Shown here piece after piece: positions 1 through 13,764 of a stretch of 64,000 nucleotides of DNA. This DNA comes from Chiloscyllium plagiosum. Taxonomy: Eukaryota. Where the stretch lies: assembly GCF_004010195.1 (NCBI RefSeq), contig NC_057719.1:41690249-41754248 (forward strand). The letters are read 5' to 3'. The notes below the pieces were generated by a model, which searched no databases, had not been told where the DNA came from, and was given only the letters and a program-made list of their open reading frames with translations. Every line of letters starts with the position of its first letter. Positions within the stretch are counted from its first letter, which is position 1. Made by a program: the position numbers and the translations under genes.

Positions 1-920
1 CTGAGGGAGGATATTCCCGGAAATACACCCAGGGAAGTTATTTGGGTGGAACTGAGAAATAAGAAAGGGATGATCACCTTATTGGGATTGTATGATAGAC
101 CCCCCCAATAGTCAGAGGGAAATTGAGAAACAAACTTGTAAAGAGATCTCAGCTATCTGTAAGAATAATAGGGTGGTTATTGTAGGGGATTTTAACTTTC
201 CAAACATCGACTGGGACTGCCATAGTGTTAAAGGTTTAGATGGAGAGGAATTTGTTAAGTGTGCACATGCCAGTTTTCTGATTCAGTATGTGGATGTACC
301 TACTAGAGAAGGTACAAATCTTGACCGACTCTTGGGAAATAAGGCAGGGCAGGTGACTGAGGTGTCAGTGGGGGAGCTCTTTTGTGCCAGTGACCATAAT
401 TTTATTAGATTTAAAATAGTGATGGAAAAGGACAGACCAGATCTAAAAGTTGAAGTTCTAAATTGGAGAAAGGCCAATTTTGACAGTATTAGGCAAGAAC
501 TTTCAAAAACTGATTGGGGGCAGATGTTCGCAGGTAAAGGGACATCTGGAAAGTGGGAAGCCTTCAGAAATGAGGCAACAAGAATCCAAAGAAAGTATAT
601 TCCTGTTAGGGTGAAAGGAAAGGCTAGTAGCTATAGGGATGACTAAAGAAATTGAGGGTTTGGTTAAGAAAAAAAAGGAAGTATATGTCAGGTTTAGACA
701 GGATAGATCGAGTGAATCCTTAGAAAAGTGTAAAGGAGGATAAAAGGGTAACTAGGGAGAGAATACAGCCCCTCAAAGATCAGCAAGGGGGCCTTTGTGT
801 GGAGCTGCAGAAAATGGGGGAGATACTAAATGAGTATTTTGCATCAGTATTTACTGTGGAAAAGGATATGGAAGATATAGACTGTGGGGAAATAGATGGT
901 GACATTTTGCAAAATGTCTA
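1..920 (+). mobile_element. CR1 LINE ORF2 fragment (AP endonuclease and linker), disrupted
   Basis: Translates to EVIWVELRNKKG...RPPNSQ...VVIVGDFNFPNIDW...SDHN...LNWRKANF and LNEYFASVFT, typical of CR1 ORF2; stops and frameshifts after about 640. Confidence 0.9.
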
Positions 921-1948
921 ATGGAAAAGGAGCGGTGCTCCCAGAAGACCAGCTTCTGCCTAGCTTTGGCGATGCACTCTTCCCAAGATTTTGCACATGC
1001 CCCGGCTGCTCCAAACCATATTCACAGAGACTTCAAGTAATCTGTCCTGATGGTGAAGGAGATAAAGGATCTGTCAGCCCAGTTCCCAAAGAATATGGCC
1101 TCACTCTTGCCTCAATTTACCTTGGCTCCCGTGGCCAGTACAAACTGATCACATATCGTTCGTCTGGATTGCTGTGAGGACTTGTTTGGATTGTGCTTTG
1201 CCTGGGTCCTCCCCTCTGACCTTATCATCATGGTGACCTGACTAGGAGTCGAGAACTCCTGATGGCATCACTCTCAGGATCAATGGAATACCACTGCACC
1301 TGGGACAAGTGATGATGGAATAGAAAGAAACTGGAATAAAAGTAAGTAATCTGCCAAGTAACTTAATTTAATTTGGATTTTGAACCATTATGTTCAATTT
1401 TCTTTGTTACATGATTTCCAAGATACAAGCGGCAGAAGGAGAGACTGCAGGTAAATGATCAGAGCAGCTAATGTTAGTTTAATCCCTCAGTACATTATTC
1501 ATGTTTCTATCCAAAGTGAGAAGATTCCAAGAATATAGAATTAGAATCACATTTTCTTATGCCATAAAAATTGATAGTGCTTTTTAATGATGAAATACAG
1601 CCTTTTACTGACAAGGAAGGTTATGGCAGAAATCAAAGATTTTATGATAAACTAATTTTATGCTGCCTTTTGTTTCTAGTACTCTCATTGCTGACCTTGC
1701 TCTATGGTACACTTTGCAGTTGCCTATTTAATTAGCTTCCAAATCATGAAAATTCCATTTGCTTTTCTTCCTTCGATACAATTTCTTTAATGGCCTCAAA
1801 TGCTAATCACAGGATTTTAAAGCATCTGTGAATCTAATCAACATAATCAGTTCATGATGTGATCACATTGTGGTTATGTGATCACATTCAGTTCTGATAT
1901 GAGAAGCATAATCCAAACTAGGTTTAAACACGACAGTGCAAAAAGAAA

Positions 1949-2062
1949 CAAAGAGCTGGAAATCAGAAATAAAAACAGAAATTGCTGGAAAAGCTCAGCA
2001 GCATCTATCAAGAGAAAGCAGAGTTAACATTTCAGGTCAGTGATCCTCCTTAGGACAGCAGA
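1949..2062 (-). mobile_element. Old PLE terminal-repeat-derived short insertion with decayed HHR; 16-bp target duplication
   Basis: ACAGTGCAAAAAGAAA at 1933-1948 and 2063-2078; internal gctggaaaagctcagcagcatc motif shared with other PLE repeats here; minus strand reads ctaagga...gaaatgttaac. Confidence 0.65.
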
Positions 2063-2739
2063 ACAGTGCAAAAAGAAAACATGTATTGTTAATCAAGGAA
2101 CATAGGTAAAGTTGAAATGAAAACATGAAACAATGAACATGCAGAGTGGATCTGAATGGAGAAAAATTGGCAGCATTTCAGGTATAATCCTTCATCTGAA
2201 TTTACTACTCCTGATTTAGGCTTACAATCAGAACTACTAAGCCCAGTTTTCCTCTTTTTGTTGTGGATTGACTTGCTGTGTCTTTCCTGCACTTCCTGCT
2301 TCATTTGGGATTTCCATCTCCTGCCTTTCTACATTCTAATGGGACCCCTGTCCTTCACAAACTGTAGAAGCTTTAACTGTACATTCTTTACCTATACAAG
2401 TCACACATTCTGTTAATGGGATCTTCATGGTCATTTGCTTGTTTTTCAACTCAATGGTTAATAGTGTTATGCTACACTCATAATAAAATGCCATGGCATT
2501 TGAGAATGAATTAGGGTTATAGGAATACTGTCAATATGTGATATAGGAAAGGCTGCCACGCAGAAAAGGCGCAAAATTTATTTCATACAGTACAGTGATG
2601 AACATTACATCAAACTCCTTAGTGGTACACATCTAAAGAATAATGTTACTCTTTAACTAACGTGCAAATGTGAATGAATACAGGATGTATCATTAACTTT
2701 ATTGTTACTGAATACTTGGACTGTATTAATTGACAATAT

Positions 2740-2754
2740 TGCCATCTAGTGGCA
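2740..2754 (-). promoter_or_regulatory. CTCF binding motif
   Basis: Minus strand TGCCACTAGATGGCA matches the CTCF core CCAC(C/T)AG(A/G)(T/G)GGC in non-repetitive AT-rich DNA. Confidence 0.55.
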
Positions 2755-3689
2755 GTATATTGAACAGTGCAGTGGGATAATTCTGTCTCAACTCATTTTT
2801 CAAATCAGTTGACAGCAAATTTGTCACTGAAAAGTAAATATCTAAATAGGACCTTTTACCTGGAGTTGCTGTAATAATTAGGGTTTACTTTGCATAATGA
2901 TATGTTTTTTTTCTGATTTCTCCTCAATTACTTCCAATTGATCTTTAAATTTACAATAACAATACCATTTTGACATTCTTCCCAAGTCCATTAATGCTAT
3001 TATGCTTTTTACACATGATTAACTTACTTTTGTGTCAAGTATTTTCCTGTACAACTCCTAATGGCTATATCTCAATGTGGTGACATGCAAACTTTGATAA
3101 TCTCTTTAAATGAAGACTGATTTCTTCCCTCTTATTGGTCAGCGAGCACAGATGCTGAAGGTGTTTTTAAATTGAGCTCCTGGATTTAAGTCAGAACTTA
3201 TTTTTCGATGAATTTCCAAATACACGAATGGGTGGAACCTTTGTGATGATATGATTTTGCTGGTGAGAGACTAACGCTGTGCGGTGGGAAGGTAGACGCA
3301 GGGTCTCCCTGCGTAAAGCACCATTCTGGTGGAGCAGGAGGGACAGTGGCATTCAGGTACAGCACACTTGGTCGAACTAAATGCCCTACCCTTCTCCCAG
3401 CTCGCCACAAGATTCCAGCAACAACACTGTTTTCTTCACTGCACTGATGATTAGGTGGAATTTTTCCCATTTCAGTTGAAGGGTTTTGTTGAGCGAGACT
3501 TGTGGCCCAGTCCATCATGGCACACAGTAGCATTTCTTGCACTGTCCACCTCAATAACTATACATTGAAGCTTGTCAGTGCTCCTCTCATGGAATTGTGG
3601 GTAGGATGCTTGCCACTGCTACTAGCTCCATACTTAAAGCCCAGTTGCACATCACTTCAGACCCACGTAAGGTGGTTCTTGACCATTAG

Positions 3690-3895
3690 CATTGTGGATA
3701 TGACCCAGAAAGAAAAGCTGGCAGCCAGTTTCTTGGATGGGCTGGTGATGGTGTAAAGGAGTAGAGTCTTCCTTCCAGCTGTTTGTCAGAGGGTGCCCCA
3801 CCACCACACGTTGCCAGTCTGGACCCAGGTGGTAGCCCAGAGCAGTGCCAGATTAAAAGAAATGGGCAGCAGTGAACGAAGAAGGTCACTGGATC
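3690..3895 (+). mobile_element. PIF/Harbinger Myb/SANT-like ORF remnant (continues near 4380-4400 after the Rex1 insertion)
   Basis: MTQKEKLAASF...LKRNGQQ*TKKV resembles the trihelix (R..QC+K+) motif of Harbinger ORF2; tctgccaag|gtaagt donor at about 4392. Confidence 0.45.
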
Positions 3896-3899
3896 AAGA

Positions 3900-4362
3900 T
3901 TAGGTATGGCAGCTACTCTGCCCAGGATTGTAAGAAACTACAGAGAGTGTGAACACAGCCCAGTCCAACACACAAGCCAGCTTTCCATCCATTGAGTCTA
4001 CCTACACTTCTTGCTACCTCTGGAAGGTAGCCATCATCATCAAAGACCCCGCCCGCCAGGGTTGTAATCTCTTCCAACTCTTCTGTCAGGCAGAAGATTC
4101 CAAAGTTTGAACACATGTATGAACAGATTCAAGAACAGTTTCTTCCCTGCTGTCATCAGACTTCTGAATGGACCTCTCAAATTTTAAATTTAATGTTGAT
4201 TTCACTCTCTGTGCACCTTCTCTGCAGCTGTAACATCGTATTCCTGGCTCTGTTCTACAATCCTATTTTACTTTGTATGGCATGACCTGCCTGTACTTCC
4301 AACAAAGCTAACCTTTCACTGTACCTAGTTACATGTGACAATAATAAATCAAATCAAATCAA
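3900..4362 (+). mobile_element. Rex1/Babar-type non-LTR retrotransposon 3' fragment
   Basis: YGSYSAQDCKKLQRV.NTAQ...IIKDP...RFKNSFFPAVIRLLN C-terminus followed by an aataaatcaaatcaaatc tail. Confidence 0.75.
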
Positions 4363-7300
4363 AACCAACCAAAAAAATCAGCATTCTGCCAAGGTAAGTG
4401 CCACCATCTTCTCTCTGCCCTCACACTCACAAGGCCAGCACTTACTATAACATTACCATGGCTCATACCTCTCAGCAAAGCTCATGGATAACATCTCTCA
4501 CTATCCCATGCAATGTGACCACTCAAATGTTCTTACCCAGCCCATTCTCCCAAACTGCTAACCTTCTCTGCCCTCTGCACTTCTTACTCACTCTCCTCAC
4601 CATCCCTCCTGCTCCTGCATCACCGCTTCCATCAGACTCAATCCCTACTGTTGTGCAATTGCAGAAACCTCCAGCTCACACTCTGGTTTGATATCTCAGC
4701 AGTACCCCGACTGACCTCCCTTTAATCCCCAGACTGGTAGCATTTCAATTGCATGACAGACCATCCTGGACTAACGACTGGATTTAGACAAGCTCCTTGG
4801 CTTACTGCAGTCCCCACTAAGGATTGCGCCCCTTTCACTTTCAGACATGACCATTTCCATGAAGCCCATGCAGTGAGTTTGCTGTGTCCATTGCTGTTGC
4901 ATGCTGTAGCATGGTGCCATACTACAACTTGCCCATCTTTTGCCTGTTCTGTTTTCCCCATCAAGATGAGCTGTGTGCCACTCCCTGTATGTTTAAAGCA
5001 ATCAAAGCCACAGGGCCTGGCATCCTCCAAGGAAGCACAAAGTGAGTGAACACGAAGAAGGCAAGCTAAGAGCCAAAAGATTCATGGGGATGTATGAGAT
5101 GCTTGTAAAGTGACCTGGCAGAAGCATACGGGTCATTGGTGTTCCTGAGCTCCAAAGTGTTTGAGGATTGAGATGTTCTGTGAGTTAGTCCATGAGCAGG
5201 CATGGTGATACAGTAGTTTGTCATTGTGAATTGATGTGAGTCAGTAAGAATGGTGACCATGGAGCATGTAGGGATGTTGCTGTGAAGGAGCAGTTGAATA
5301 ATGAATGGGATAGGCATTCGATGAGCTGCAGCCTCCAGGTTACTGCTCTGATTTCACATGAGCAGCAATTTATAGCATTTCATTTCTCAGAGAGGGAGTG
5401 GAGAATCAGAAATGATATATAAATAAAGCAAGGTGGTTTGCTAAAAAGTTGCAAACTTTGGAACTGAGCTACTCAATGAGGTCACCATTCACATCATAAG
5501 GGGAAAAAAATTGGAAAACCTTTTCTGAACATAAAGATCCTGGCGTTTTTTTCATTCTTGCTGTATTTTCCTGATTTAGCCACCATTGCCATGGACCATG
5601 TGTGAGGAATGTCCCACATAATATATTTGACTGTAGTTATAATGTCGATGACATTTGTATTTAAAAAATCATGAGTTTACACTAATTTATAGAATACACA
5701 TGAATCATACCAGAATGCATATGCGACAGCAATAAAAGTACCGTCTATGGTTAAACAATGTGTTTGAGCAGTTTGAACTTTTATTGAGTGCTAGGCAAAC
5801 CAAATGCAAACAAGACATTCTGATACATTATCTATTTAAAGCCTCTTTATGCAAGCTGGGTCTTCAATTCCTGACCATTTCAGGTGCATTACACTTCCTA
5901 TGGCACATTAACGTTGAGGCTTAGGTTTAATTGTTTAAGCTATGAATGTTATTTTATACTTGAAGTCAATACTTCCAATCTCTCTATTAGTCACTCAATG
6001 ACTTTCAAGCTTGGAATCAACATCATGCCACAAATAACGTTATCTAGAATTAATCAGATTTTCAAGATCGCACAAGGTGTTTGATAAGCTAAATCTGAAT
6101 AAATTGCTTCACCATGTAAACCCAAACTAAGCTCAGAATGGGAAGGAGAGCAGTCAGTGGACCAAAATCACCAAGAAGATGATTTGCATGTGAAACACAT
6201 TGCAAGGGAATATATGGAAATGGGTAATCATAATACATTCAAGCGGAAGTAGGACAGTTGTTTGGAGGAATTCGAAATTAATAAATACCAGAACTAGGTA
6301 GCTGTACAATTTTTAAAAATATTCATATCTAGTCTAATGGGCATAATAATTTCTCCAGTCTTGAACTTTCTTATGTTATTTTTTCCTTCTTCAATTTAAT
6401 CAAACAATGCAGTTGCTTTCATCTTGGATTGCACATGTTACAGGTAAGTAGAATTTATTCTTTAAACTAATGTTGTGCCCCACATTACGAAGAATCTTTT
6501 CCTGCTAGTGTGAAAGATCCACATTTGTCAAGGCCAGGAATATTGTATGAGATTACAAGGCACAGTGAAAAAAATTCCAGAATAGTTAGGCATAATCCTG
6601 AGCATTTATTTGACACAGGCATTCAAATGCCACAGCTGTGAGCCTAATATAAAACTGAATTTCAAAGTCATTCTGATGCATAAACATGTTTAAACTTTAA
6701 TAGTGTAATGATATTGACTGTAATGGTATTCCTACAGCGAAAGCACAACGTCCTTTATATGTAGGTTCATAATAATACATAGCATAGGAGCCTCACTGGG
6801 AGTCTGAAGCTTATTGCAAGACATAAGCATTCATGTCTGTTGGCTGCAGCTGCTCTGCGTGTGTGCAAAACTGTTTTGTTATATCTGAAGACTGAAATTC
6901 CTATCATGCTGCATGCCAACATCAGCTGAGAATCAGATTGAAGTCGCTGAACAGAAACAAGTAAAACAAAATGCAAATGGCCACTGTATCAAATGAATAT
7001 TTTTAAAATGTGATTGACAAATCACAGGTGGTAATAAAGAGCAGATTCCTTCTGCAACCAGAGGTTTTGTGAGAAATTAGACTCAGCATTGGATATCACT
7101 GGTAGGGTGCAGCACGGTGTAGCACTTGATAAAACAAAATGTATAAGCTGATGTTTAAAAAATAAACATCAAAATGGAGATTATTAGATTCTTACAGGTT
7201 GGACTAATTCCTTCTGAAATCCTCACACAATGATAACATTTATTTAGAACACTGAACTTTTATCCTAGCACAACGTGTGTATGTGAAATGACAGCAAAAG

Positions 7301-8188
7301 CTAATCCTTGACAATATTGTTCATGCATTGCAATTATCTCCTCTGTGCTTTTCGTTGCACAAATCTGTCCAGCTGCTCTCTGAAGCTTACCATAGGGGTT
7401 AGTATTCAATTCCCAAGGTCTATCATACATTTCTGATACTCTGAGACCTCAATTCATCTTCCTGTCATATTCTGCTATCATCTACCAGGCTCTTTTACAA
7501 TAAGGTTTATCTTAAAAGCATAACAATCATCAGCTTTCTTGTCATCCAAAAATATAAATGTTTTCTAGTTCAGTGATAATTCCACCCAAACATCGGTAGT
7601 TAATTTTTTGAAACATAGTCTTGTTTCATAGAATATTTATGAGTTGACTTTTGTAATGATAATGATCTTTCTAATTGTGTTTCATATTGTTTTTCACAGT
7701 ATGCAGGATAAAATGATGCTTAAATGGTCCAGTGTGGTGTCTAAATATTTTGGGTTATTCTTATTGTTAATGTGCACCTTATTTCTCTGGTTGATAAGCT
7801 AACATTGCTCTGATGGTCTTGCACTGCAGTAAAATAAAAAAGAATATACAGCCAGAAACATCACAGGCCAAACAAAATCTTAACCCTTTGAGGAAAAAAA
7901 TAATAGCATGGTACCAGATAATTTGAGAGTGTGTGCTTTTATCAATGTGTTCTTAGAGAGGTGTATGGGTTGCTGTAATTCCCCAACCATTCTTCCAATA
8001 TTCAATCTACAAAATTCGCGGATATTAATGAACAATGTGTGTTTTGTTTTAACTGCTAGGAAGTCATTTAAGAGCTACAGAAAAATAATAAGCCTAGTGA
8101 AGGTGCTTAGAGAATCAAAGGAACAATTGGATAAATTAGGAGATGCAAAAACTTGGTGATGCCTGAGGTCCTTATTGCAACAACGAAT

Positions 8189-8260
8189 TACAGAATAACC
8201 TCAGTTATCTAAACCTCAATTATCCAAAATACAGATTATCCGAATAAGATCTCAAGGTCT
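8189..8260 (+). mobile_element. Possible Tigger/mariner MITE end
   Basis: TA-CAG...aacctc(a)gttatc / aacctcaattatcc / gattatccgaa subterminal repeats. Confidence 0.3.
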
Positions 8261-11200
8261 CATTTAATATCATACTATTGTTTGCTTTGCTCAAATGGTA
8301 CTTTATCATTCATTATTCCATTCATTATTCCATTCTGCAAAATTCTTTGATTTGTACAGTATTTGTCCATTAAAAGAAGTGCAGAAAGTTGGGAATTACA
8401 ATTAGTAACAGAAGTACGCTTTTAACATCTTAATTGCTAACGCAATGCCATTTAGTCCCTCTGGTCTAGAACAATTTAAATTAAACAATATTGTTCCTGT
8501 ATGTAGTAAGTTGGTGTTCAAGATTTTTTAAAGAATGAACTTGGATTTTTTCTTACGTTCCTTCCTTTCCATTTTTTTCCTGACCTGTCTCCTTACCAAT
8601 TTTTCTCCCCAGCCACCTTATTTCTCTTTCTATATCAATCTGAATGTAATACATCTTTCTTCCCTGCCGTTCCTCCATTTCTTTTGCAATGCTTAAATTA
8701 AGTTTGTTAAGAAGACACACTGTTGATCCTGTTTTTCATGGATGTCCCAGGTACCACATTACCCTCACTATGCACTTGCTTTCCCAACTAGTTACTCCTC
8801 CCATTTTAATGGAGCTGAATGATATAGGGTTAAAATTGTACCGATAGCCACATGTTGTGAGATAGAAGATTTGATCCAGTTGGTTGTTTATTTAGGTAAG
8901 GCAGCTAAATGCTTTAATATTTCTGTCACATCCACATGACTTCAGTGTTTAGCCCAAAGTTTGACTACAGACTACAAATATACTGAATTTACACCTCCAT
9001 TCACTGAAACCCTCCATCAACTTCGGAAGGTAAATGTGCAAGTCACTTTGATTATTTTATCAGTGCTGAGTGTCTACACAATGGAAGTGATTTACAACTA
9101 GAAAGAAGGAAGAATTTAGAGCAACAAAACACAGAAACTTCAGTGCACTAGATGGTGAGAGGCAAGATGGACATTGTCAATCTGGGCCATGAAGATTATT
9201 AAGAAAAGTTGCTTAATAAACTGAGCTGGTCAGAATGTTTATTTTATTGTTTTTTAAAATCTTGAACACTTAACATTGATATTCCTTTTGCTGTTGATTT
9301 TGGGCTGTTGTACAATCATAAGCACTGAATAGGTGTGGCCACTGGCTACAGTCAGGAAATTTATGGGACCACTGAAATCCCTTTTACAATGATTATAATA
9401 TAGACATTAACTGTCAATGGTCAGTTTAAAGATGAAGTAATACCTTTTTTGGCACTATCACATGTTTGCATCTCAAGAGGGACAGTAACACAGTGAGACA
9501 TTTGTGTGCTTATTTATCTGTAAGACATAGATAGCAATGCTTGAGATGTCAACCACAACATAGACAGTGCTCTATTTATATGTTTTCACAGCTGAAAGAC
9601 AACGTATTGCCAGCAGTCCCACAGACAAGATAAGCTGCAACCTAAAGTGACAAAGAGCTGCTGAATCGATCATTATTTTTCCACTTCGCCTGACTAACTT
9701 GAAAATCACCAACTGTTCACTTCAAAGAAAACACAGCTGCAAATGACGCAAATGCCATTAGGGAGAAAATGATTTTTTTTCAGAATTATCATATTACAAA
9801 ATCAGACTGCAGGTGCAAGTTGTTAATTTTGCAACTCATGATTTAAGCCTGGGAGATGAGGACTCGCTAGCACTTTCTTCTGAATTGCATCATTGTTAGA
9901 CCACTATTAAACATGACAGTCTAGGACTCGGTTAAATGGAGATTCAGTGCTACTGGTTTAGAACAAACATGAGAAAATAGTCTGGATACAAAGGACTTGA
10001 CATCAATTATCAAAGCCAATCCAGTATTATGTGAAGGAAATGGAGAAAGTGGCAGTCAATAGGATCATGTTCTGCTTCTTTTCTATCCAATTCCCCCTGC
10101 TGATAGTGAAAATCCAAATCCATACAGAGAACAGTGTTGTATTACATAACTTTAAATACTAATTTGATCTGCTTTGTGTATGATAATGCATTAGTTATGG
10201 ACGTACCATACCAATTTCACTTTGCTTTATATGATTCACATTTTGGTGGTTTGCTCTCTTATTGGGTGAACTACATGTATCAGGGTAATCCCATGCAGCA
10301 CAATTTAATTTGACAAGTTTTGCTAATTTTGTGCCAGCTTTTAAAGTCTAAAGAACAAAAGCCAAAGAAGAGCAAGCTACAGGCCAATTGACCTGAATCT
10401 ATCAGATATTATTGGAATATAAGGTGCATGGTTTGTACTGTCCCCTTGTTCATGCCCAAAGGACCAGTCAGAATGATGCCATAACTTCCTTTATGGATTT
10501 ATGCAAGCAGAACGGTTTGTTTAACTGCTTAATTATGTTTTCCTGAATGTTTGCAAAAGAACACCTGCGGTGTGTTTCTCAGGCCAGTTTTCAGATTTAA
10601 CCAGGTCAATGGCACATTTATCTGTAATTGTTGCTTATTGTAAACAAGCTGGTGAAGAAATAAAACAAAATTAAGCACAATATGAAGTAGTGACTTAATT
10701 GAAAAATACATGATGGACTCACAATCACCCAGCAATCACATGGGCTTTCACAGATTCATTATTTAATGCTGCAGGACTGATTAATTCCACAGAAGGAGGT
10801 AAATTGCTGCCCACTTAAATGTTCAAAGTGGTCCAATTAATAGAAATGTAGCAAAATAATTTTCTTTTCTACTTAACCAATTTTTCAAACTCCAATTTTG
10901 CTTAAGCAAATATTTACAAAAGTAATTATTTTCTTAGGTATTACAACTGAACATTTAGAAAGTTCTAATTTATTTAGCTCATGTATAAGTTATAGTCTAA
11001 TCCACTTGATATAAAAGGCAGGCATGTTAAAGAAGCAGTAGCTTAATATAATTTTAATTTGATTATGTGCATGCTTTACTATTCAGCTGGTATAAATCCA
11101 CATTTTAAATTTGCATGAAACTGCAACGAAGATGACAAATTGACTAATGTGTATTTAATGCACTTTAGTAAAAACAAAATTAGCTGGGGTTAAAAAAAAT

Positions 11201-12280
11201 GATCTCGAAGGACTAATGAAGAACATAATTTATGCAGATACGCCGAATGTACAAATTGCACACTTGTACCATTCCAGGACAAGATCCAAGCATACATGCA
11301 TTACATAGTCAACTGGCACTATTGTAGTCAGTTGTAACAAAAAGGGTGGCATTTGCAATTATCCATTGAATGGCAAACACAAGTAGTTGCACTTTGTAAA
11401 TAGTTCCTTGGTGGTGTGTCCTTATCTTGACACATTTGGAACATGCTGGAATTTGTAAACCGAGGGTGGGGTGGTATTTGAATACCTACTCACTGTCAAT
11501 TACCTGCCTGCAAAAGTCCTTGATGAGTTAGCAATGGGCTGGGGAGAATGATGAAATAATTTTCAAATCACAGGTCACCAAAACTGAAAGTGCCTCTTAA
11601 AGCAAGCTGTCAAATTCAGTTAAGTAACTTTTTTTAAATAATGAAAGATATTTGTCCATGGAGGACTTGTTCAAACTGGGTGCAGAACTCTAAATTTCCA
11701 AAGTATCATTTGAACATGTTTGTGTGTGATGAGGCTCCATCTGCCCTTGCCATTCATGCTGTGCAGCCTGCTCCCATCCCCTGGTGATACTCAATGCCAC
11801 TCTTTGGGAATCTAGTTCATCTCCAGCAAAACTGAGGCTTCTATGTTTGAAGGTTGTATCATGTGATAGACACAGATTTGGTGCAGGTGAAGCACCCAGA
11901 AAGTATCACAGAATCAGATTCCTCATCCTGGACTGAATATCAAACTCAGAGTATCAAATGAGGCAATAGTCGCATTTTACACATGAGATGTTATAATTCT
12001 TATCCTTCATATCAGATCCTTCCATGGTCTTGTACCTCCCTATATCTATAACCTGTACAGTTCTAGAACTCACAAATTACTTCACTCCTCAAATCTCTTG
12101 AGATTCTCTGGTTTAATCACTTGACCATGTTTCTTCTATAAAACTTTCAACCTCTCATTTCTCCTCAAAGGTGCTTCTTATGAATTAGTTCTCTGTCCAA
12201 GATTTTGCTTATCTGTCCTAATACAGTTTCTATGGCTCAGATTTGAATAGCATTATTGTGGGGCGTTTACTGTATTAAAT

Positions 12281-12760
12281 CATAGAATTCCTACAGTGTG
12301 GAACAGGCCATTCGGCCCAACAGGTTTACACCAACTCTCCGAAGAGCATCCCACCCAGACTCACCTTCTCCCCACCCCAACAACCTATTCCTGTAACCCT
12401 GCATTTCCCATGGCCAATCCACCTAACCTGCACATTTTTGCGCTGAGAGAGGAAACCAGAGCTCCTGGTGCAAACGCATGCAAACACAGGGAGAATATGC
12501 AAACTCCACACAGTTCGTTGCCCGAGGCTGGAATTGAACTCAGAGTAACAACAGAGTCCCTGGTGCTATGAGGCAGCAATGTTAACTTCGAGGAGAAAGT
12601 GAGGTCTGCAGATGCTGGAGATCAAAGTTGAAACTTTATTGCTGGAGAATATGCAAACTCCACACAGTTCGTTGCCCGAGGCTGGAATTGAACTCAGAGT
12701 AACAACAGAGTCCCTGGTGCTATGAGGCAGCAGTGTTAACTACTGAGTCATCGAGCCACC
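12281..12760 (-). mobile_element. HE1-type tRNA-derived V-SINE with internal 98-bp duplication and PLE fragment
   Basis: Reverse complement shows the tRNA head, the V-domain gtgtggagtttgcatattctccc and a CR1-like tail. Confidence 0.85.
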
Positions 12761-12916
12761 TATGATATGTGTATTCTGCGGTTCAAGATGAAGGATGTAA
12801 ACACATTTCAGCTTCTATTTCCTAATCATTACATCAGATATTTGGAAATTCATAATAGCAAATGAGGCTAGTCTTTCTCCAGTTTCCTGTTCATTCAACT
12901 CAACAATGGAACAGTA

Positions 12917-13046
12917 AGAGAAAGTGAGGACTGCAGATGCTGGAGATCAGAGTCAAAAAGGGTGGTGTTGGAAAAGCACAGCCAGTCAGGCAGCATCTGA
13001 GGAGCAGAAGAATCCATGTTTCGAGCATAAGTTGTTCATCAGGAAA
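12917..13046 (-). mobile_element. PLE (Neptune-type) terminal-repeat fragment with decayed HHR (13011-13045)
   Basis: Matches the reverse complement of 16120-16250; minus strand reads ttcCTGATGAacaacttatgctcGAAACatggatt. Confidence 0.8.
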
Positions 13047-13194
13047 TAACTCACCAACAGGAAGTTCAGGTCTCATACAGAAAGATCAAGCCCTGCCTGT
13101 GTCACCCCCATTCTCAATCAAGGCCCTTGTAATTGCGATCTCTTCCCTGTAACTTAACCAGATGCAGGGACTATTCCTTTGATCTCTGATCAGT

Positions 13195-13590
13195 CACCCC
13201 TCCTGGCTAAATTCCACAGTGGTGGTTCCTGCCCAGTACCAAGGTTCAGGACATCTGCTCAAGGCTGGAAATGAATTTACAGTGGGAGGAGGAAGATCCA
13301 GCATTCATGGTCCATGTAGATACCAATGTCATAGGTAGAGTTATCATGGAGTAGATGTTTTACATGGGGAGTATGAGGAGCGAGGAGCTAAATTAAAGAG
13401 CAGAAGCTCAAAAGTTATAAATTCTGCATTACTATCTGAGCCACGTGCAAGTTTGCACAGGTTTCAGAAAATTAGAGAAATGTGTATGTGGCTGAAAGAC
13501 TGGTGTTGGAAAAGTGGGTTTCTGTATGTGGGCCATTGGCACTAGTACTGGGGAAAGAGAGAGCTGTATCATTGGGATGGTTTAAATCTA
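13195..13590 (+). mobile_element. CR1 ORF1 SGNH-esterase remnant
   Basis: LPSTKVQDICSRLE...EDPAFMVHVDTN(V)IG...LKSRSSKVI corresponds to CLPGARV.D...VHVGTND. Confidence 0.7.
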
Positions 13591-13764
13591 CCCTGACCTT
13601 AAATTTACCTGGACCATCTCTGACACCTCCCTCCCCTTCCTGGACCTCTCCATCTCCATCAGTGACGACCGACTTGACACTGACATTTTTTACAAACCCA
13701 CCGACTCCCACAGCTACCTGGATTACACCTCTTCCCACCCTATCTCTTGCAAAAATGCCATCCC
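13591..13764 (+). mobile_element. Internal PLE reverse-transcriptase fragment
   Basis: PDLKFTWTISDTSLPFLDLSISISDDRLDTDIFYKPTDSHSYLDYTSSHPISCKNAIP, the PLE RT thumb region. Confidence 0.85.
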
